DNA from: a virus
Length of the DNA: 64,000 bases
IMG/VR virus record: IMGVR_UViG_3300014502_000001
Location: 28,772-92,771 of that record
Reading direction: 5' to 3' (one strand)
The notes beneath the pieces are model-generated. The model made no database searches and was not told the origin of the DNA. It worked only from the letters and a program-made list of their open reading frames with translations. A program made the position numbers and the translations under genes. Positions 45,101 to 54,803 of this stretch are shown piece by piece; position 1 is the first letter of the stretch; each line of letters opens with the position of its first letter.

Positions 45101-47283
45101 ACCTCGGCAATGCCAGGACCCATGATTCTCATCGTGTCAGAGTAGCTGAGTCCCGCCTTATTTGCCTCGGCCATTCCTTCCGCAACATTTTTGAAATTTT
45201 TATTGATGTCGGTTCTTGATATCAGACCAGCCGACACAGACCACTTTTCCCCAGCATCCTCAACCGCTCTGCCCCATTTTGCAATCTCAGGCGTACCCAT
45301 GTTGAAGAAATCCATAGCAGGCTTAGACTTTTTTAAGAACTCAGCAATCTGAGTACCCAACAATGAAAATACATCAGCGTCTGTGCCAGTCTTTTTAATC
45401 AATGTGACAGCCGCTTCAAAATCTTTGATCTGCTGCTCTATTGCCTTACTATCCACAAAGCCGCCTTCGGTGGCTATTTTTTTGGCTCCCTCACTCATCG
45501 TTTCAAAAAATTCAGCAACACTCTGGTGTGCCGCTTTCCAGGCAGGATCCAGATCCTGAATCTTAGCAAGCAGAGTGAACATAAAATTAGAGCTGAGTGA
45601 ATCCAAGGTGCCCTGGAATTCTTTGGCCCTAGAATCGATCGTACCAAAGCCGTCGTACACTTGATCAAAAACAGACTTTGTTGTCGTGCCAAAACCTTGC
45701 ACCGCTTCCTGCTGACCGACCCAGTGCTTCATCATCTCGTCTGTAGCAGCGTTGCCCGTGGTGCCTGTCTTGATATATCTAGCGCCTAGCAGAGCTATGG
45801 CTTCATCAACAGTTTTTACTTCCTTGCCTGTGAGCTTGAATGCAGCGGCCAGTACCAATACATTGTCACTCTTATATGCTGCCACGACCGCAATCGTCTT
45901 TTTGCCAGCATCTGCTATAGCATCATTCTGCTTTTTGATTTGATCCCAGCCGCCGCTGAAAACCTCATCAAAGAAATTTGAGAGCGCCGTATCCACAGCA
46001 GGAAGCACTCCAATGAGATCCAGGAATTTACGAATAAGAATGCTAAGACCATATCCTGCTAGCGCCACCACTCCTGCCGTCAGCAGAGGGAAGGCGTTAG
46101 CTAGCGACATCAGTCTGGTGCCCAAAGCCATAGATGTCATATTTGTGGCCAGCACCGTACCATTGAGTGTGGTGAGCGTAGCATTAGCAGTCGTAAATGT
46201 CCTCACCACTTCCATAATTTTAGTGCCAGCACCAACAACTATTGGGGCCAGCATAGAAAATCCTTGTATCAGCTTTCCTATTAAAAGCATTACAGGACTG
46301 AGCATCGTCACGAGCACTACCGCTGTGGCTGCAAACTTCAGAAATCCACCAATCAGTCCTTCATGCTCTCTGGTAAAATCTTTGAATGCAACGATGGCAT
46401 CTCGAATATGGTTTATCAGCTTGCTCAAGGTTGGCAGGATTGTCGTGGCAATCATTTGGAATGTAGATCTGCCCGCGCCCGAGAGCTCGGCCAATGTGTC
46501 GTTGAACTCATCAGCCGCCTTAGCGGTCTCCTGGGACATTATCATTCCAAGCTTCCTGGCCATGTCGGCGTTTTCTTTTAGACCTGCGCTCCCCAGATTC
46601 AGCATGGGAATAAGCTCCATGCCCGAGCGCCCGAAGATCTTCATGGCCAGGGCGGTTTTCTCAGCGCCGTCATCCATTTTAGATATGCTTTCAGCAACGT
46701 CATAGAAAACTGCATCCAGGTCACGCAGCTTTCCGCTGCTGTCCTTGGTTTCTACACCCATCTCTGAAAACATATTTGATGTAGACTTCCCAGACTTCTG
46801 TGCAGCCATCAAATCTCTGGACAAATAACGCAGCGCAAAAGCTACACCATTCAAGGATGTCCCGCTTTTTTCAGCACTCAGCTTGAACGTGCTCAGCATC
46901 TCGGTGCCAACGCCTGTCTTTTGCGACAGGTCATGCATGCTGTCACCGAACTCAATTATTTTACGAGTGCTGAGTATAGCGCCGCCTAACAGCGCTCCCA
47001 TGGTAAGAGTCAGATTGCGACCTGCGTCACTGACCTTTTTGCCAAGAGTATCCCACTGGGTGCCATGCTGAAGAACAGACTGCTTTAATTTATCCAGACC
47101 AGATATGGCCTGTACAGAACTGCTACTGATACCAGGACCAACAGCTGTACTCGTTTTGCCAGCGACTTGAGCAAGACCGTCTAGCGACTTTTCCGTGCTA
47201 TCGATAACAGTCTTGATTTGTGCAGAGCCCTGGTCATCAAATGCTAGGACTAGCTGGATATCCTTCCGCTCACCTGCTGCCAT
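42145..47283 (-). CDS. Tail tape measure protein (1712 aa)
   Basis: Long Ala/Gly-rich helical protein; LSQKTGV..E.LS, A.KIFGRSG..LIPMLN.G; hydrophobic segments; follows the chaperone genes. Confidence 0.93.
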   Translation of the reverse strand: MAAGERKDIQLVLAFDDQGSAQIKTVIDSTEKSLDGLAQVAGKTSTAVGPGISSSSVQAISGLDKLKQSVLQHGTQWDTLGKKVSDAGRNLTLTMGALLGGAILSTRKIIEFGDSMHDLSQKTGVGTEMLSTFKLSAEKSGTSLNGVAFALRYLSRDLMAAQKSGKSTSNMFSEMGVETKDSSGKLRDLDAVFYDVAESISKMDDGAEKTALAMKIFGRSGMELIPMLNLGSAGLKENADMARKLGMIMSQETAKAADEFNDTLAELSGAGRSTFQMIATTILPTLSKLINHIRDAIVAFKDFTREHEGLIGGFLKFAATAVVLVTMLSPVMLLIGKLIQGFSMLAPIVVGAGTKIMEVVRTFTTANATLTTLNGTVLATNMTSMALGTRLMSLANAFPLLTAGVVALAGYGLSILIRKFLDLIGVLPAVDTALSNFFDEVFSGGWDQIKKQNDAIADAGKKTIAVVAAYKSDNVLVLAAAFKLTGKEVKTVDEAIALLGARYIKTGTTGNAATDEMMKHWVGQQEAVQGFGTTTKSVFDQVYDGFGTIDSRAKEFQGTLDSLSSNFMFTLLAKIQDLDPAWKAAHQSVAEFFETMSEGAKKIATEGGFVDSKAIEQQIKDFEAAVTLIKKTGTDADVFSLLGTQIAEFLKKSKPAMDFFNMGTPEIAKWGRAVEDAGEKWSVSAGLISRTDINKNFKNVAEGMAEANKAGLSYSDTMRIMGPGIAEVGDKTIKLAEMMGIVIPKAFRDAVEGAKSWNAAMAIADKFKPKTADDVRNAIAGLGIAMQESTKKGINLNQFVQQNSKEIVAWNTEWQPLLKLFGIDLPPAMKAAVAAAQELEANIKNAFVPTMIMLPDIITGMMIRLKAGLKAKFNIVSPEEDIKNIQRIGVAFMLLGKTMDVASWKTTFDDMLKSLSNINGITTDQACAQFQKLYDIIRGIYNMMGIPLPPLNFAAITAKSTTAAATVKKDWTTAFSVISAVMMAASDHMSAGWKAVTVSVATGIEALGTKIAGLAAGAKLSMQDIADVAKAPAGAIGGMIGGAISGKKDNLSGTGSALGGSVGALFGPVGAIAGSLLGGLIGGLFSSKPAKTAEQKAAEQMANQVKEATQAMSKYGVISDATAKAIAEDRKTMSGAAAEAKNFAKVIADVGVNQKNVNDLWKGSGGAIDLYKQGLMDAATATKATGDNFTAMLAGAQALGTEGSKAMSDFINKTQASGLKVKEVTDYINNQLGVVKKGSMSASDGLLAMAKAPNQTVESMGRLERQAMATFNAMIKNGASYSEAMDALGPTLDQLDVNYKKLKMTAGSGIDELMAIRNVTSANKELFDAISGNLGVMNALANTGSLTQQTFTDSTTQASEFYNQLTTAGLTGNQALAQMAPTLERIRYLAKEHGLAIDDATQSLIKQAGEQGLLKDEELSTNDTMLAGFGAIVKALGGAIPAAMQTAMDKMNELGKSGSDAADTVANGTQLSVDKLGLMTTAVGNIGGAFDRLGAKGGSVISGLANAAMSAVGNMGALQKATYGSGVGGALERVGELAPKTFDTLTTKVAEAREGTDKLQKSLIDAANVHSVKLGDDLAAIAKTSDDMSTRVADGFSTIGDQAAGAQKRIHDLTQAMADGDGMRVGVGVEVVKPIQTTSASAASEVDRSKAIQDQEKMRDLMAQQLEATKAGANIAIEPIVIEKDDKRIISFIRTQYGSGNWKIPATSVEGS

Positions 47284-47346
47284 AGGCTCTTCTAACTGCC
47301 GCTGCGCGGCGCTGATAGTCCAGTCTGATGCTCTGTCTAAAGAATA

Positions 47347-47742
47347 TTATTTAGCAGAGCCGCCGCCGGAATGGGCTTCTCTGATTGCCTCAATAGCACT
47401 TATGAGCTGCTCGTGAAAAAACTTTAACCTAAAGTAAAAATCCTCGCGCAGCTCTTTCAGCACACCAATGAGATCAAACAAGCCCATGATGTCACTAAAT
47501 GAGATGATCCTATATCCGCTGAATCCATCAAAATTCTGAGGCAGCATATTGTATAGCTCCATTATTGGCTCATTATCCGATGATGGAGTGGACAGTGCAA
47601 CTTCGCATGTCTCACAATTGCCTACCTCAGCAATATGCACTTGGGATCCTAGCGCAAACGACTGTGGCGAAGTTAGCAGTTTGCAAAGCTTGCAATTCAT
47701 CCGAGACTTTTCTGGCTTTGCTTGCCACTTCGCCACCATCAC
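47347..47742 (-). CDS. Tail assembly chaperone, second ORF (GT-like)
   Basis: Between the first chaperone and the tape measure; CxxC..CxxC. Confidence 0.6.
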   Translation of the reverse strand: MMVAKWQAKPEKSRMNCKLCKLLTSPQSFALGSQVHIAEVGNCETCEVALSTPSSDNEPIMELYNMLPQNFDGFSGYRIISFSDIMGLFDLIGVLKELREDFYFRLKFFHEQLISAIEAIREAHSGGGSAK

Positions 47743-48224
47743 AAATTTTCAAGCTGCTCCTTTTTGATCTCGGCGATCCGGGTGTAGTTGCTCGAGTTGG
47801 TCGCGATGTCGATGATCCACGATTCGAAATCCAGCGAATTGCGCATGATGACATTCGCCAGAGCCTGATCATAGGGAATCTCGACATCCAGTTCGGCCGC
47901 CACGCCGCCTTCCTTTTCCATGACAATGTCCAGCCCAGGCACGAGCAGATTCAGAACCTTGACGGTCAGGCCGCGCCAGCCCTTCATGATGATTCTGGCA
48001 TACTCGTTGCGGAGCTTGTCCTCGTTGATGCGGTCTTCCGACTGCCGCGTGCGAGGATTCATGAACGTCTCCTTGCTGGCTTCCCTGATTTGGTTAAGCA
48101 GGAACTTGCTGGCATAGGCCACGCTCACGAAAAACGTGGACGCAAACGGATACTGGAATTCCGACACCCGCTGCGACTCACCCGCCTTCTTGATGAAGGC
48201 TCCGAGATCTTCAACCTTGATCAT
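47739..48224 (-). CDS. Tail assembly chaperone (G-like)
   Basis: Follows the tail tube gene; I.KGW.GL, IPY....A.. Confidence 0.7.
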   Translation of the reverse strand: MIKVEDLGAFIKKAGESQRVSEFQYPFASTFFVSVAYASKFLLNQIREASKETFMNPRTRQSEDRINEDKLRNEYARIIMKGWRGLTVKVLNLLVPGLDIVMEKEGGVAAELDVEIPYDQALANVIMRNSLDFESWIIDIATNSSNYTRIAEIKKEQLENL

Positions 48225-48253
48225 AGAACTCTCCTAACCTTTAATATGGTAAA

Positions 48254-48287
48254 GGGCAGCTCCCGCGCTCGCGCGCGAGAGCCGCCC
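48254..48287 (-). terminator. 15-bp stem with GCGA (GNRA) tetraloop after the tail tube gene
   Basis: GGGCGGCUCUCGCGC-gcga-GCGCGGGAGCUGCCC followed by UUU. Confidence 0.65.
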
Positions 48288-48298
48288 GCACCCTCATG

Positions 48299-49468
48299 TT
48301 ACTTCAGCGTGATGACAGCCTCATCGTTGCCGGCCACCGTCGGGCTGATGCCCTTGAAATCCACGTCCACCAGGAACTCCTCCGTCCCGGAGAGCTTGGG
48401 GGAACCATATTCAGCATATGGCACCGAGATCTCCATGATTTTCCCACTCTCATCACCAGCCGGAATGACGATCGCATTGGTGATGAAATAGTCGGAACGG
48501 TAGTAATAGCTCAATGCGCTCTGCAGGAAATGCATCTGGAATTTTCCAGTCACAGCCCTGCGGCCCGGACGCGCAAAGCTCTCAGCCGTCCAGACGCCGT
48601 TCTTGAGATTGTCGTAATACTTGATGTTGTTGGAGATGGAAAAGTCGGCGCTCAGAACGATCGCATTCTGGCCGCCGATGGTGACCAGTCCGATCTTGCC
48701 GTGAACAGGTGTGCCGACCTCAGCAGCAGGCGTCGGCAACCACGGAGACACCGTCGCCCCAGAGCCCGCCCCAACCGCCAGAGCCGTATCCAGCGTGATG
48801 GTGTTGAGAGTATAGTTGACGCTCTTGATCAGATAGCCCGCGCCCGCGTTGTCGTCAGCGCCGACCACCACATATGTGCCAGGCTGATAGCGCAGAGCGC
48901 CCGTGGCAACAAGCGTCAGCGTGGTTGCGCCCAGAGCTGCTACACCTGAAACAGTGGCTGTTCCAGCATAGAGCCGTTCCATGCCCAGGCCACTCCACTT
49001 GACTTCCACCATCTTGTCAGCGCCGATGCTGAAATCAGCCTTGTCCACGGTGCAGCCGCGCATGGCGAAAACGGTGTGACCCTTTTTCAGCCAGATGCTG
49101 AAAGAGTCCAGCTGGTCGGTCAGGTTGTACATGACCTTTGTATTCGGAGTGATGGTTTTCAGACCCATGAGGCACTGAAGAAGAACATCCTCCTCGCACG
49201 GCGTACCCAGAATGCCCGAAGGCTTGATGTACGTGCCCAGGCTCCACGGACCAGGCTGCAGCCGTCCCTTGATAGACGCATGCTCCGAAGCGCCCGCCCG
49301 TACCTGATCGTCTTTGAGTTTTTCACGCTCCTGCTGGATATCAGCAGGGCCGACAGTGTACACGACGCTGGTGGGGGTGGGCTTTTTGAGCACACCGCAA
49401 ATGTCTTCCAGCACAATGAAGCACTGCTCTTGATTTGCGAAAGAATAATCTGACGCGCAGTTGGCCAT
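48299..49468 (-). CDS. Major tail tube protein with an inserted beta domain
   Basis: Position before the chaperones and tape measure; L.SFSI, GC.V....FS, SISNN, R.VTG; GC3-rich codon usage typical of highly expressed genes here. Confidence 0.8.
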   Translation of the reverse strand: MANCASDYSFANQEQCFIVLEDICGVLKKPTPTSVVYTVGPADIQQEREKLKDDQVRAGASEHASIKGRLQPGPWSLGTYIKPSGILGTPCEEDVLLQCLMGLKTITPNTKVMYNLTDQLDSFSIWLKKGHTVFAMRGCTVDKADFSIGADKMVEVKWSGLGMERLYAGTATVSGVAALGATTLTLVATGALRYQPGTYVVVGADDNAGAGYLIKSVNYTLNTITLDTALAVGAGSGATVSPWLPTPAAEVGTPVHGKIGLVTIGGQNAIVLSADFSISNNIKYYDNLKNGVWTAESFARPGRRAVTGKFQMHFLQSALSYYYRSDYFITNAIVIPAGDESGKIMEISVPYAEYGSPKLSGTEEFLVDVDFKGISPTVAGNDEAVITLK

Positions 49469-49523
49469 TGTAAATCTCCTCTATGCTCTTGCCATCACGA
49501 GAGTTTTTTCTTTCGTCATGGCT

Positions 49524-49961
49524 TTATGCATCCAGCATATCCAAATAATACAGAGTCCGCAAGGAAATGCTGAAATCAAATAGTGGCATCGTGCCACTGA
49601 CTATGCTCACTCCCGTCACCCAGCAACCGACCGCCGTACCAGCGACCGTAAAGTTGCCTCCTATTTTATTGCGTATATTTTTGACCAGCGCTTCATAAGC
49701 CGCGCTGGGCTCTGGCGACCAGCATACAAACCAGACCCTGATGCCAGGATCCAGATTCATCATCTGTCGCCTGCCCGTCAACGCCTTATCCTCGGACTCG
49801 GCTGGCTCAGCGATATAAAGTAGTGGCAGCTGAGCTTCGGTGTACTGCTTGATGTCTGGCTCATTATATCCACGCACAACCGTTGTGATACCAGTGACAG
49901 TGCGCAGCAGTGTTTCCAGCCCTTCAAGGATATCGCGTCTGTTAAGAGTTGCGGAGCTCAT
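49524..49961 (-). CDS. Tail terminator-like neck protein
   Basis: R..IL..L..LL..V.GI..V.R.....LP pattern; position. Confidence 0.6.
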   Translation of the reverse strand: MSSATLNRRDILEGLETLLRTVTGITTVVRGYNEPDIKQYTEAQLPLLYIAEPAESEDKALTGRRQMMNLDPGIRVWFVCWSPEPSAAYEALVKNIRNKIGGNFTVAGTAVGCWVTGVSIVSGTMPLFDFSISLRTLYYLDMLDA

Positions 49962-50396
49962 TTAAGTCCTTCCATAATAAACGATGTCCAAAGCGATTGT
50001 GAAAACACCCACTGGAAAACGTGTTCCCATATCTGTATTGCAACGAGTGGGTGTAGTATCATAGGCCTGGTTGCCACGTGTGCCATCCACCATCAGTGCT
50101 GTCAGAATGCTCAGCGAAAGCGCATCCTGCTTAGCCCAAAGATTATCATTAGCCGCCACGCGCAGCCAGCCAACTATTCCAATCGTCAAAGTATTCCTGA
50201 ACACGTCGGCCAGGATCTGCTCCTTGACCTCAACGACATCATTGATGAAAGCGCCCGGATATTTTTCAGGCCCAATACTGGCCGCAGCATAATCGCGCTG
50301 GTAATCTACCTTGCCGCTGAGTCCAGAGATCAACTCCATGACATCATGGACATTCTTCATGATCAGCGCTTTGCTGCCGAGACCATAATATGGCAT
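49962..50396 (-). CDS. Tail completion / neck protein
   Basis: D.TRG..A..T motif; position. Confidence 0.6.
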   Translation of the reverse strand: MPYYGLGSKALIMKNVHDVMELISGLSGKVDYQRDYAAASIGPEKYPGAFINDVVEVKEQILADVFRNTLTIGIVGWLRVAANDNLWAKQDALSLSILTALMVDGTRGNQAYDTTPTRCNTDMGTRFPVGVFTIALDIVYYGRT

Positions 50397-50406
50397 GTTA
50401 AACCTT

Positions 50407-51600
50407 TTATCTAGCGTTTGGCCAACCGCGCACAGGCAGACCCTGAGAACGCTTCTGCATCTTCAGCTGGAATCCACCCATTCTTTCTGCATGGGTTTTG
50501 AGAGTGCGCATGGCAAGCTTATTTATCTTGTTCTCAGCTTTAGCCTTAACACCAGCCATCTGAATTTTGGCTTTTGCATCATTGTGAATTTTTACCATCT
50601 TAGGAGATGACTTCCACTGGCTCAGCCATCTTTTCTTTGATATGCCAGCAGGAGCGCCGTGCTCCTTATTCATGTTCTTGCTAGATATGCCCCACTTCAT
50701 GCCTGGAACGCCGTACTCCTGAACAGCATTCTCGCTAGGTCCTTGCAGAGCTTTCACCTTATCAATTCTGGTTCTGAGAGTACCAGCCCTTTTGCTGAAA
50801 CGCTGAATTTTTTTATCAGCCCGCTGAGCAGCGAATCCACCTCTGGCCGCATTGAGTTCTCTGTTAGCGGTGCTAAGATAAAATTTATTTGTATTTATGT
50901 GACCTTGGATATTTCTCAGAAGCTCTTTTTTTCGCTGACCCCATTTCATGCCTTGAACGCCGTACTCGTTTATTTTAGATTCACGTGCCATCCGACCGGA
51001 ATAGAAGCGTGACATGGAACCTGGCGCATGACGTACCACCGTCACTCCATTCATTCTGGTTTTAGATATGACTGCACCCTTTGGTCCCATACGGAATCCT
51101 GTATTGACATTGGCTGTCCTTTTCTCGAGACCAACCTTATAAAGAAATACACTAGCATTTTTGAGTCTATCCAGAGCTGAGCCGTGACCCAATGACTGAG
51201 GATTCCGCAATGCAGTCATCTGCTTGTGCAGACCTCCCTTGGCTAACCACGCAGCCCGACCAGCAGTGACACCCCATTTCATGCCTTGAACGCCGTACTC
51301 GGAGAGCTTGGATTCATAATATGTACCACCAAGATTGCCCTTGACCTTTGTCATGCCAAGTTCTTTATACATAGCGGCCATTTGCCCACGATTCTGGATA
51401 GCACGGATGCGGCCTATCATCTTTTTATTCACTTGTAATATGCGAGTCTGGCCTAGCTTGGTGCGAGCGCTCTTCAGACTTTGTCTTGTCCTGACAGCAA
51501 TGCGTGTAGCTGTCTGAAGATTGTTCTCGCCCGCCCGCCGCGTTCCCCATTTCATTCCTTGAACGCCGTACTCGTGAAGGATTATATTTGCAAGTTGCAT
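50407..51600 (-). CDS. Very basic repeat protein with four EYGVxGMKWG units (putative capsid-internal polyprotein)
   Basis: Start at ATG 51600 behind AAGGAG; motifs at 51544-51573, 51271-51300, 50938-50967, 50689-50718. Confidence 0.8.
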   Translation of the reverse strand: MQLANIILHEYGVQGMKWGTRRAGENNLQTATRIAVRTRQSLKSARTKLGQTRILQVNKKMIGRIRAIQNRGQMAAMYKELGMTKVKGNLGGTYYESKLSEYGVQGMKWGVTAGRAAWLAKGGLHKQMTALRNPQSLGHGSALDRLKNASVFLYKVGLEKRTANVNTGFRMGPKGAVISKTRMNGVTVVRHAPGSMSRFYSGRMARESKINEYGVQGMKWGQRKKELLRNIQGHINTNKFYLSTANRELNAARGGFAAQRADKKIQRFSKRAGTLRTRIDKVKALQGPSENAVQEYGVPGMKWGISSKNMNKEHGAPAGISKKRWLSQWKSSPKMVKIHNDAKAKIQMAGVKAKAENKINKLAMRTLKTHAERMGGFQLKMQKRSQGLPVRGWPNAR

Positions 51601-52253
51601 TCTAGACTCCTTTGCGCCCATGCTCGCTCTGCAGACACGCTCATTCTGTGGCGCGTCTCTTGAGAAAAAATTTGCCTGCTACGTGATTCACGCAGTTTCT
51701 TGCAAGTTCTGAGGGAGACAATCTTTCCTTTTTGCGTTTCACTTATTTTTCTTCTGGTCTCTTTAGAGACGCAATGACCCTTTAGTGATTCACTCATCTT
51801 TATACGCGTCTCATGAGAAATAATTTTTCCTTTGTGCGCCTTACTTATTTTTCTTTTAGTCTCTTTGCAAAGATGCTTACCAAACAAATAATGTTTTTGG
51901 CCAGATACGATTGCACTCAGCTTCAATCTTGTCTCAGTACTAGGATTCAGAATACCATCACCGCCGTCGGTGGAATTAGTTAGTCTGTAACCTAGCGCTC
52001 TATACTTTTTAATCATTGCCATTTCATCAGTATTCCATATTGCATTGCCTTTCAGCAATCCAATTCTAACTTCGTAGCCTTTAGCATAAACAGATCTGAT
52101 CCAGCGAGCAGCATAAGTATCAGATTCATCAGTCAGATTTCTCCTGTGGCCTCTCAATCTCACAGTCAAACGATGCTTAGTCTGACCAATATATCTCATT
52201 CCAGAATTACCAGGCTCTGTGGAATAGAGATAATAAACTTTGATATCACTCAT
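51582..52253 (-). CDS. GIY-YIG homing endonuclease with NUMOD3 repeats
   Basis: VYYL..RYIGQT..RL.GH..E..LTNSTDGG; repeated S.ETR.K.S. Confidence 0.9.
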   Translation of the reverse strand: MSDIKVYYLYSTEPGNSGMRYIGQTKHRLTVRLRGHRRNLTDESDTYAARWIRSVYAKGYEVRIGLLKGNAIWNTDEMAMIKKYRALGYRLTNSTDGGDGILNPSTETRLKLSAIVSGQKHYLFGKHLCKETKRKISKAHKGKIISHETRIKMSESLKGHCVSKETRRKISETQKGKIVSLRTCKKLRESRSRQIFSQETRHRMSVSAERAWAQRSLECNLQI

Positions 52254-52762
52254 CGGCTTGCTCGTGTCGCCGCCTCCGCTAATAGCTGATCTATCATTGC
52301 AAAGGTCTCCTGGATGTACTGTTCAATCTTTACCAGCAATTCACTGCGCGTTTGTAGCACCATGAGATAGGCCGGAGTACCAGGGTGATGCACAAGCTTG
52401 GTGAATATCTCATCACCTTCATAGGTCGTGAAGTGCAAAAACTTTGCCGTCTTTGGTCTGATCTCATGCGGCTTAGTGCCCTCTTCAAAAAACCGGATCA
52501 CGTCTGGATTGGGATATAAATTGTGAATAACAAATTCCACAACACGATCTCTGCTATCAGCCGCCGGACCATCCATTACCCAAAAGTCACGAATTGTGGT
52601 ACTGCCGTCATGCTGCTTTGGAGTGTGGATTTTAACGGTGTCCAGAGCCCAGCGTGCAATTTTGCGCTGGGATACGCGCATGCGCGGAATGACTTTATTG
52701 TAAAGTGCACCCATGCGTGCACGGAACACTTCATAATCCACAGTCCACTTCATCTGTATCAT
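52250..52762 (-). CDS. HK97 gp10-like neck/tail component
   Basis: TP.....IR..W, FFEEGTKPHEIRPK..K.L.F, V.HPGTP. Confidence 0.75.
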   Translation of the reverse strand: MIQMKWTVDYEVFRARMGALYNKVIPRMRVSQRKIARWALDTVKIHTPKQHDGSTTIRDFWVMDGPAADSRDRVVEFVIHNLYPNPDVIRFFEEGTKPHEIRPKTAKFLHFTTYEGDEIFTKLVHHPGTPAYLMVLQTRSELLVKIEQYIQETFAMIDQLLAEAATRASR

Positions 52763-53478
52763 ATTGAGTACAGCATTGCCTTGCCGTCCAGAGCCTTTTC
52801 GAACTCGGATTTACGACCATCAATAAATGGCTTCATGCGATCCGCTGGATAATCGATCTGTCCGCCGCTGCGCTGAATGCCACCTTCCTGGCTGCGGCGC
52901 AGCATGACGACTTCTAAACATCGCCACACCGTTCCATCCAGCATCATAACCTGAAAATCCTCGGGCACCGTGGCTAGCGTCCAGGAGCTTTTCTCCACCG
53001 ACAGATACCACACTGGCACATTCACCACGACAGGCATTGGGATAATACGCACGGTGCGCGCAATGGGATCATATTCAAAGCGCAGCCGCTGTGTACCGCG
53101 CCGCCGCCGTAAAGCATCTATCGTGGCCAAGGACGGGAACTCATAGGCATTCTCTGGATCGTCTGAGCCAGTATTCACTATTATCCCAGTCATGGCTGGA
53201 TCGTTGAATCCGTCCGATGTGGCCGAGAGCACATTGCTGGGATACACCTCAGCCACGCGCAAGGTATTATCATTCACTGGATAGACGTCAGTGTAGGCAA
53301 TGGTCGTTAAAGAGCGCAGAACCTTTTTGGTGATCTTGTCAGCGATGAGCTTTAACACCCGCCCGTTTTCAGCAATGATGTCAGCGTCTAAAATATCCAC
53401 TACATTTTCGACAGGTATTTTTCCCAGCTCCAGCCGCACTGCATCGATCAGTGCTTGCTCGGTGGTAGTATAGCTCAT
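52759..53478 (-). CDS. Head-tail adaptor-like protein
   Basis: LI..VR.ELG, I.P.P, VPEDF pattern; position. Confidence 0.6.
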   Translation of the reverse strand: MSYTTTEQALIDAVRLELGKIPVENVVDILDADIIAENGRVLKLIADKITKKVLRSLTTIAYTDVYPVNDNTLRVAEVYPSNVLSATSDGFNDPAMTGIIVNTGSDDPENAYEFPSLATIDALRRRRGTQRLRFEYDPIARTVRIIPMPVVVNVPVWYLSVEKSSWTLATVPEDFQVMMLDGTVWRCLEVVMLRRSQEGGIQRSGGQIDYPADRMKPFIDGRKSEFEKALDGKAMLYSI

Positions 53479-54236
53479 AATTGCTCTCCAAAAATCTCCA
53501 GCGAATGGCGCTTTATAGCCTCTGGGTGCTCACCCGTAAATGGAACAGCAGGAGAGCTCCCAAGCGGGTCGTTCTCATATTTTTCCCAGACCTCTTTGTA
53601 ATAAACTTCCCACGGCGTGTCGGCAGGATAGCCGTCCTTAGCGTATTCTCCACGCTTTAGATATTCCTGCACCCTAAAACGCTGACGCTCTTTGGACTGC
53701 GCCATTGAGTAGTGGTACACATATACACCAGGAATCAAAACCTTATACCTTAAGACTTTGCCCAGCTGCTCATGTCTAAATATAGGCGTCCTGCCGGCAG
53801 TGTGCCAGTACTCGTCTCCTCCGATAAAATGCGGACTGCCAATAAAATGATTCCAGCGAACACTGAAAGAGCCCACATCATCAGGAGCCGACTGGATGGC
53901 CTCAACCACCCGCCGTATGCCGTCCTCTGAATATGCCTCATCAGCGTCTTGTGACAGTACCCAGCAGTCGAACTCTTTGGGGATTCCTTTCAGATATACT
54001 TTTTCCTGTCCAAAGAAGTCGTGCGCCCCACTGGGAAGCTTCCACGTTCCCGCTTCATAAAAAGTTATCTTGCTACCGAATTTCTTTATGATGTCCAGGG
54101 AGCCGTCGGTGGAAGGACCAAAGCGTGAGCCGTCCACAATACAGAATCCATCGACATGATTGATGGTGCTTTCAATACATGATTGCAGTATAGGACCAGC
54201 ATTATAGACCATCATACCAACATACAGCTTGTTCAT
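53475..54236 (-). CDS. Glycosyltransferase family 2-like
   Basis: MMVYN, VDGS..STDGS, WVLSQDADE (DxD), VYHYS. Confidence 0.85.
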   Translation of the reverse strand: MNKLYVGMMVYNAGPILQSCIESTINHVDGFCIVDGSRFGPSTDGSLDIIKKFGSKITFYEAGTWKLPSGAHDFFGQEKVYLKGIPKEFDCWVLSQDADEAYSEDGIRRVVEAIQSAPDDVGSFSVRWNHFIGSPHFIGGDEYWHTAGRTPIFRHEQLGKVLRYKVLIPGVYVYHYSMAQSKERQRFRVQEYLKRGEYAKDGYPADTPWEVYYKEVWEKYENDPLGSSPAVPFTGEHPEAIKRHSLEIFGEQL

Positions 54237-54802
54237 ACTGCTAACTCCTCAGATTCCTTTTGTCCTTTTAGCCATTGGAAAAATGCTGGCCAGTAGGATC
54301 TATGATAGTTAGCTTTAGTGTTACAAGCAATACAAAGCGTGATAAGATTTTCGTGACTGCAATTCTTCTTGTCATAATCAATATGATGCACGTCGTGTCT
54401 TTTGCCATTCTCTGACACACTACATATCTGACAAATCCTGCCATCCCTTTCACGAATTTGCTCTTTAAGTCTTTCACTCCAATCAAGACTATAAGGCTCA
54501 AAACTTTTGCCGCCTTGCCAGCAACCATTACCAGCACCACTTCTCTTCTCGCGAGTTTCTTCGCTGACAGGAGGCCTGCTAGCTGCAGACAGTCTCATTT
54601 TTTCTTTAGTATATTCACTATGGTGTTTCCCCAGCATGCCTACATTCTCATTGCCCAGCGCATTCTTGTTACCTGTAGCAGCAAGACTCATTCTCTCTAA
54701 CCACTCAGAAGAAAAAGGTGGTCTCTTCTTGCCAGCCCAATAGCCTATACGACCAGCCATTTTGGCTATTGCCTTTCTATTATGGTGACTACCTTTTATC
54801 AT
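54233..54802 (-). CDS. Free-standing HNH homing endonuclease with NUMOD3-like repeats
   Basis: IRERDGRICQIC..DVHHIDYDK.N..NLITLC..C; start reassigned to ATG 54802. Confidence 0.9.
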   Translation of the reverse strand: MIKGSHHNRKAIAKMAGRIGYWAGKKRPPFSSEWLERMSLAATGNKNALGNENVGMLGKHHSEYTKEKMRLSAASRPPVSEETREKRSGAGNGCWQGGKSFEPYSLDWSERLKEQIRERDGRICQICSVSENGKRHDVHHIDYDKKNCSHENLITLCIACNTKANYHRSYWPAFFQWLKGQKESEELAV

Positions 54803-54803
54803 A

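Noticed and set aside
47565-48949. 308-aa and 217-aa plus-strand ORFs
   Set aside because: Antisense to the chaperone and tail tube genes; no independent support.
50689-51573. ~30-bp repeats with unique intervening sequence as a possible CRISPR array
   Set aside because: Spacing is 249-333 bp, always a multiple of 3, with synonymous variation; these are coding repeats and no cas genes are present.
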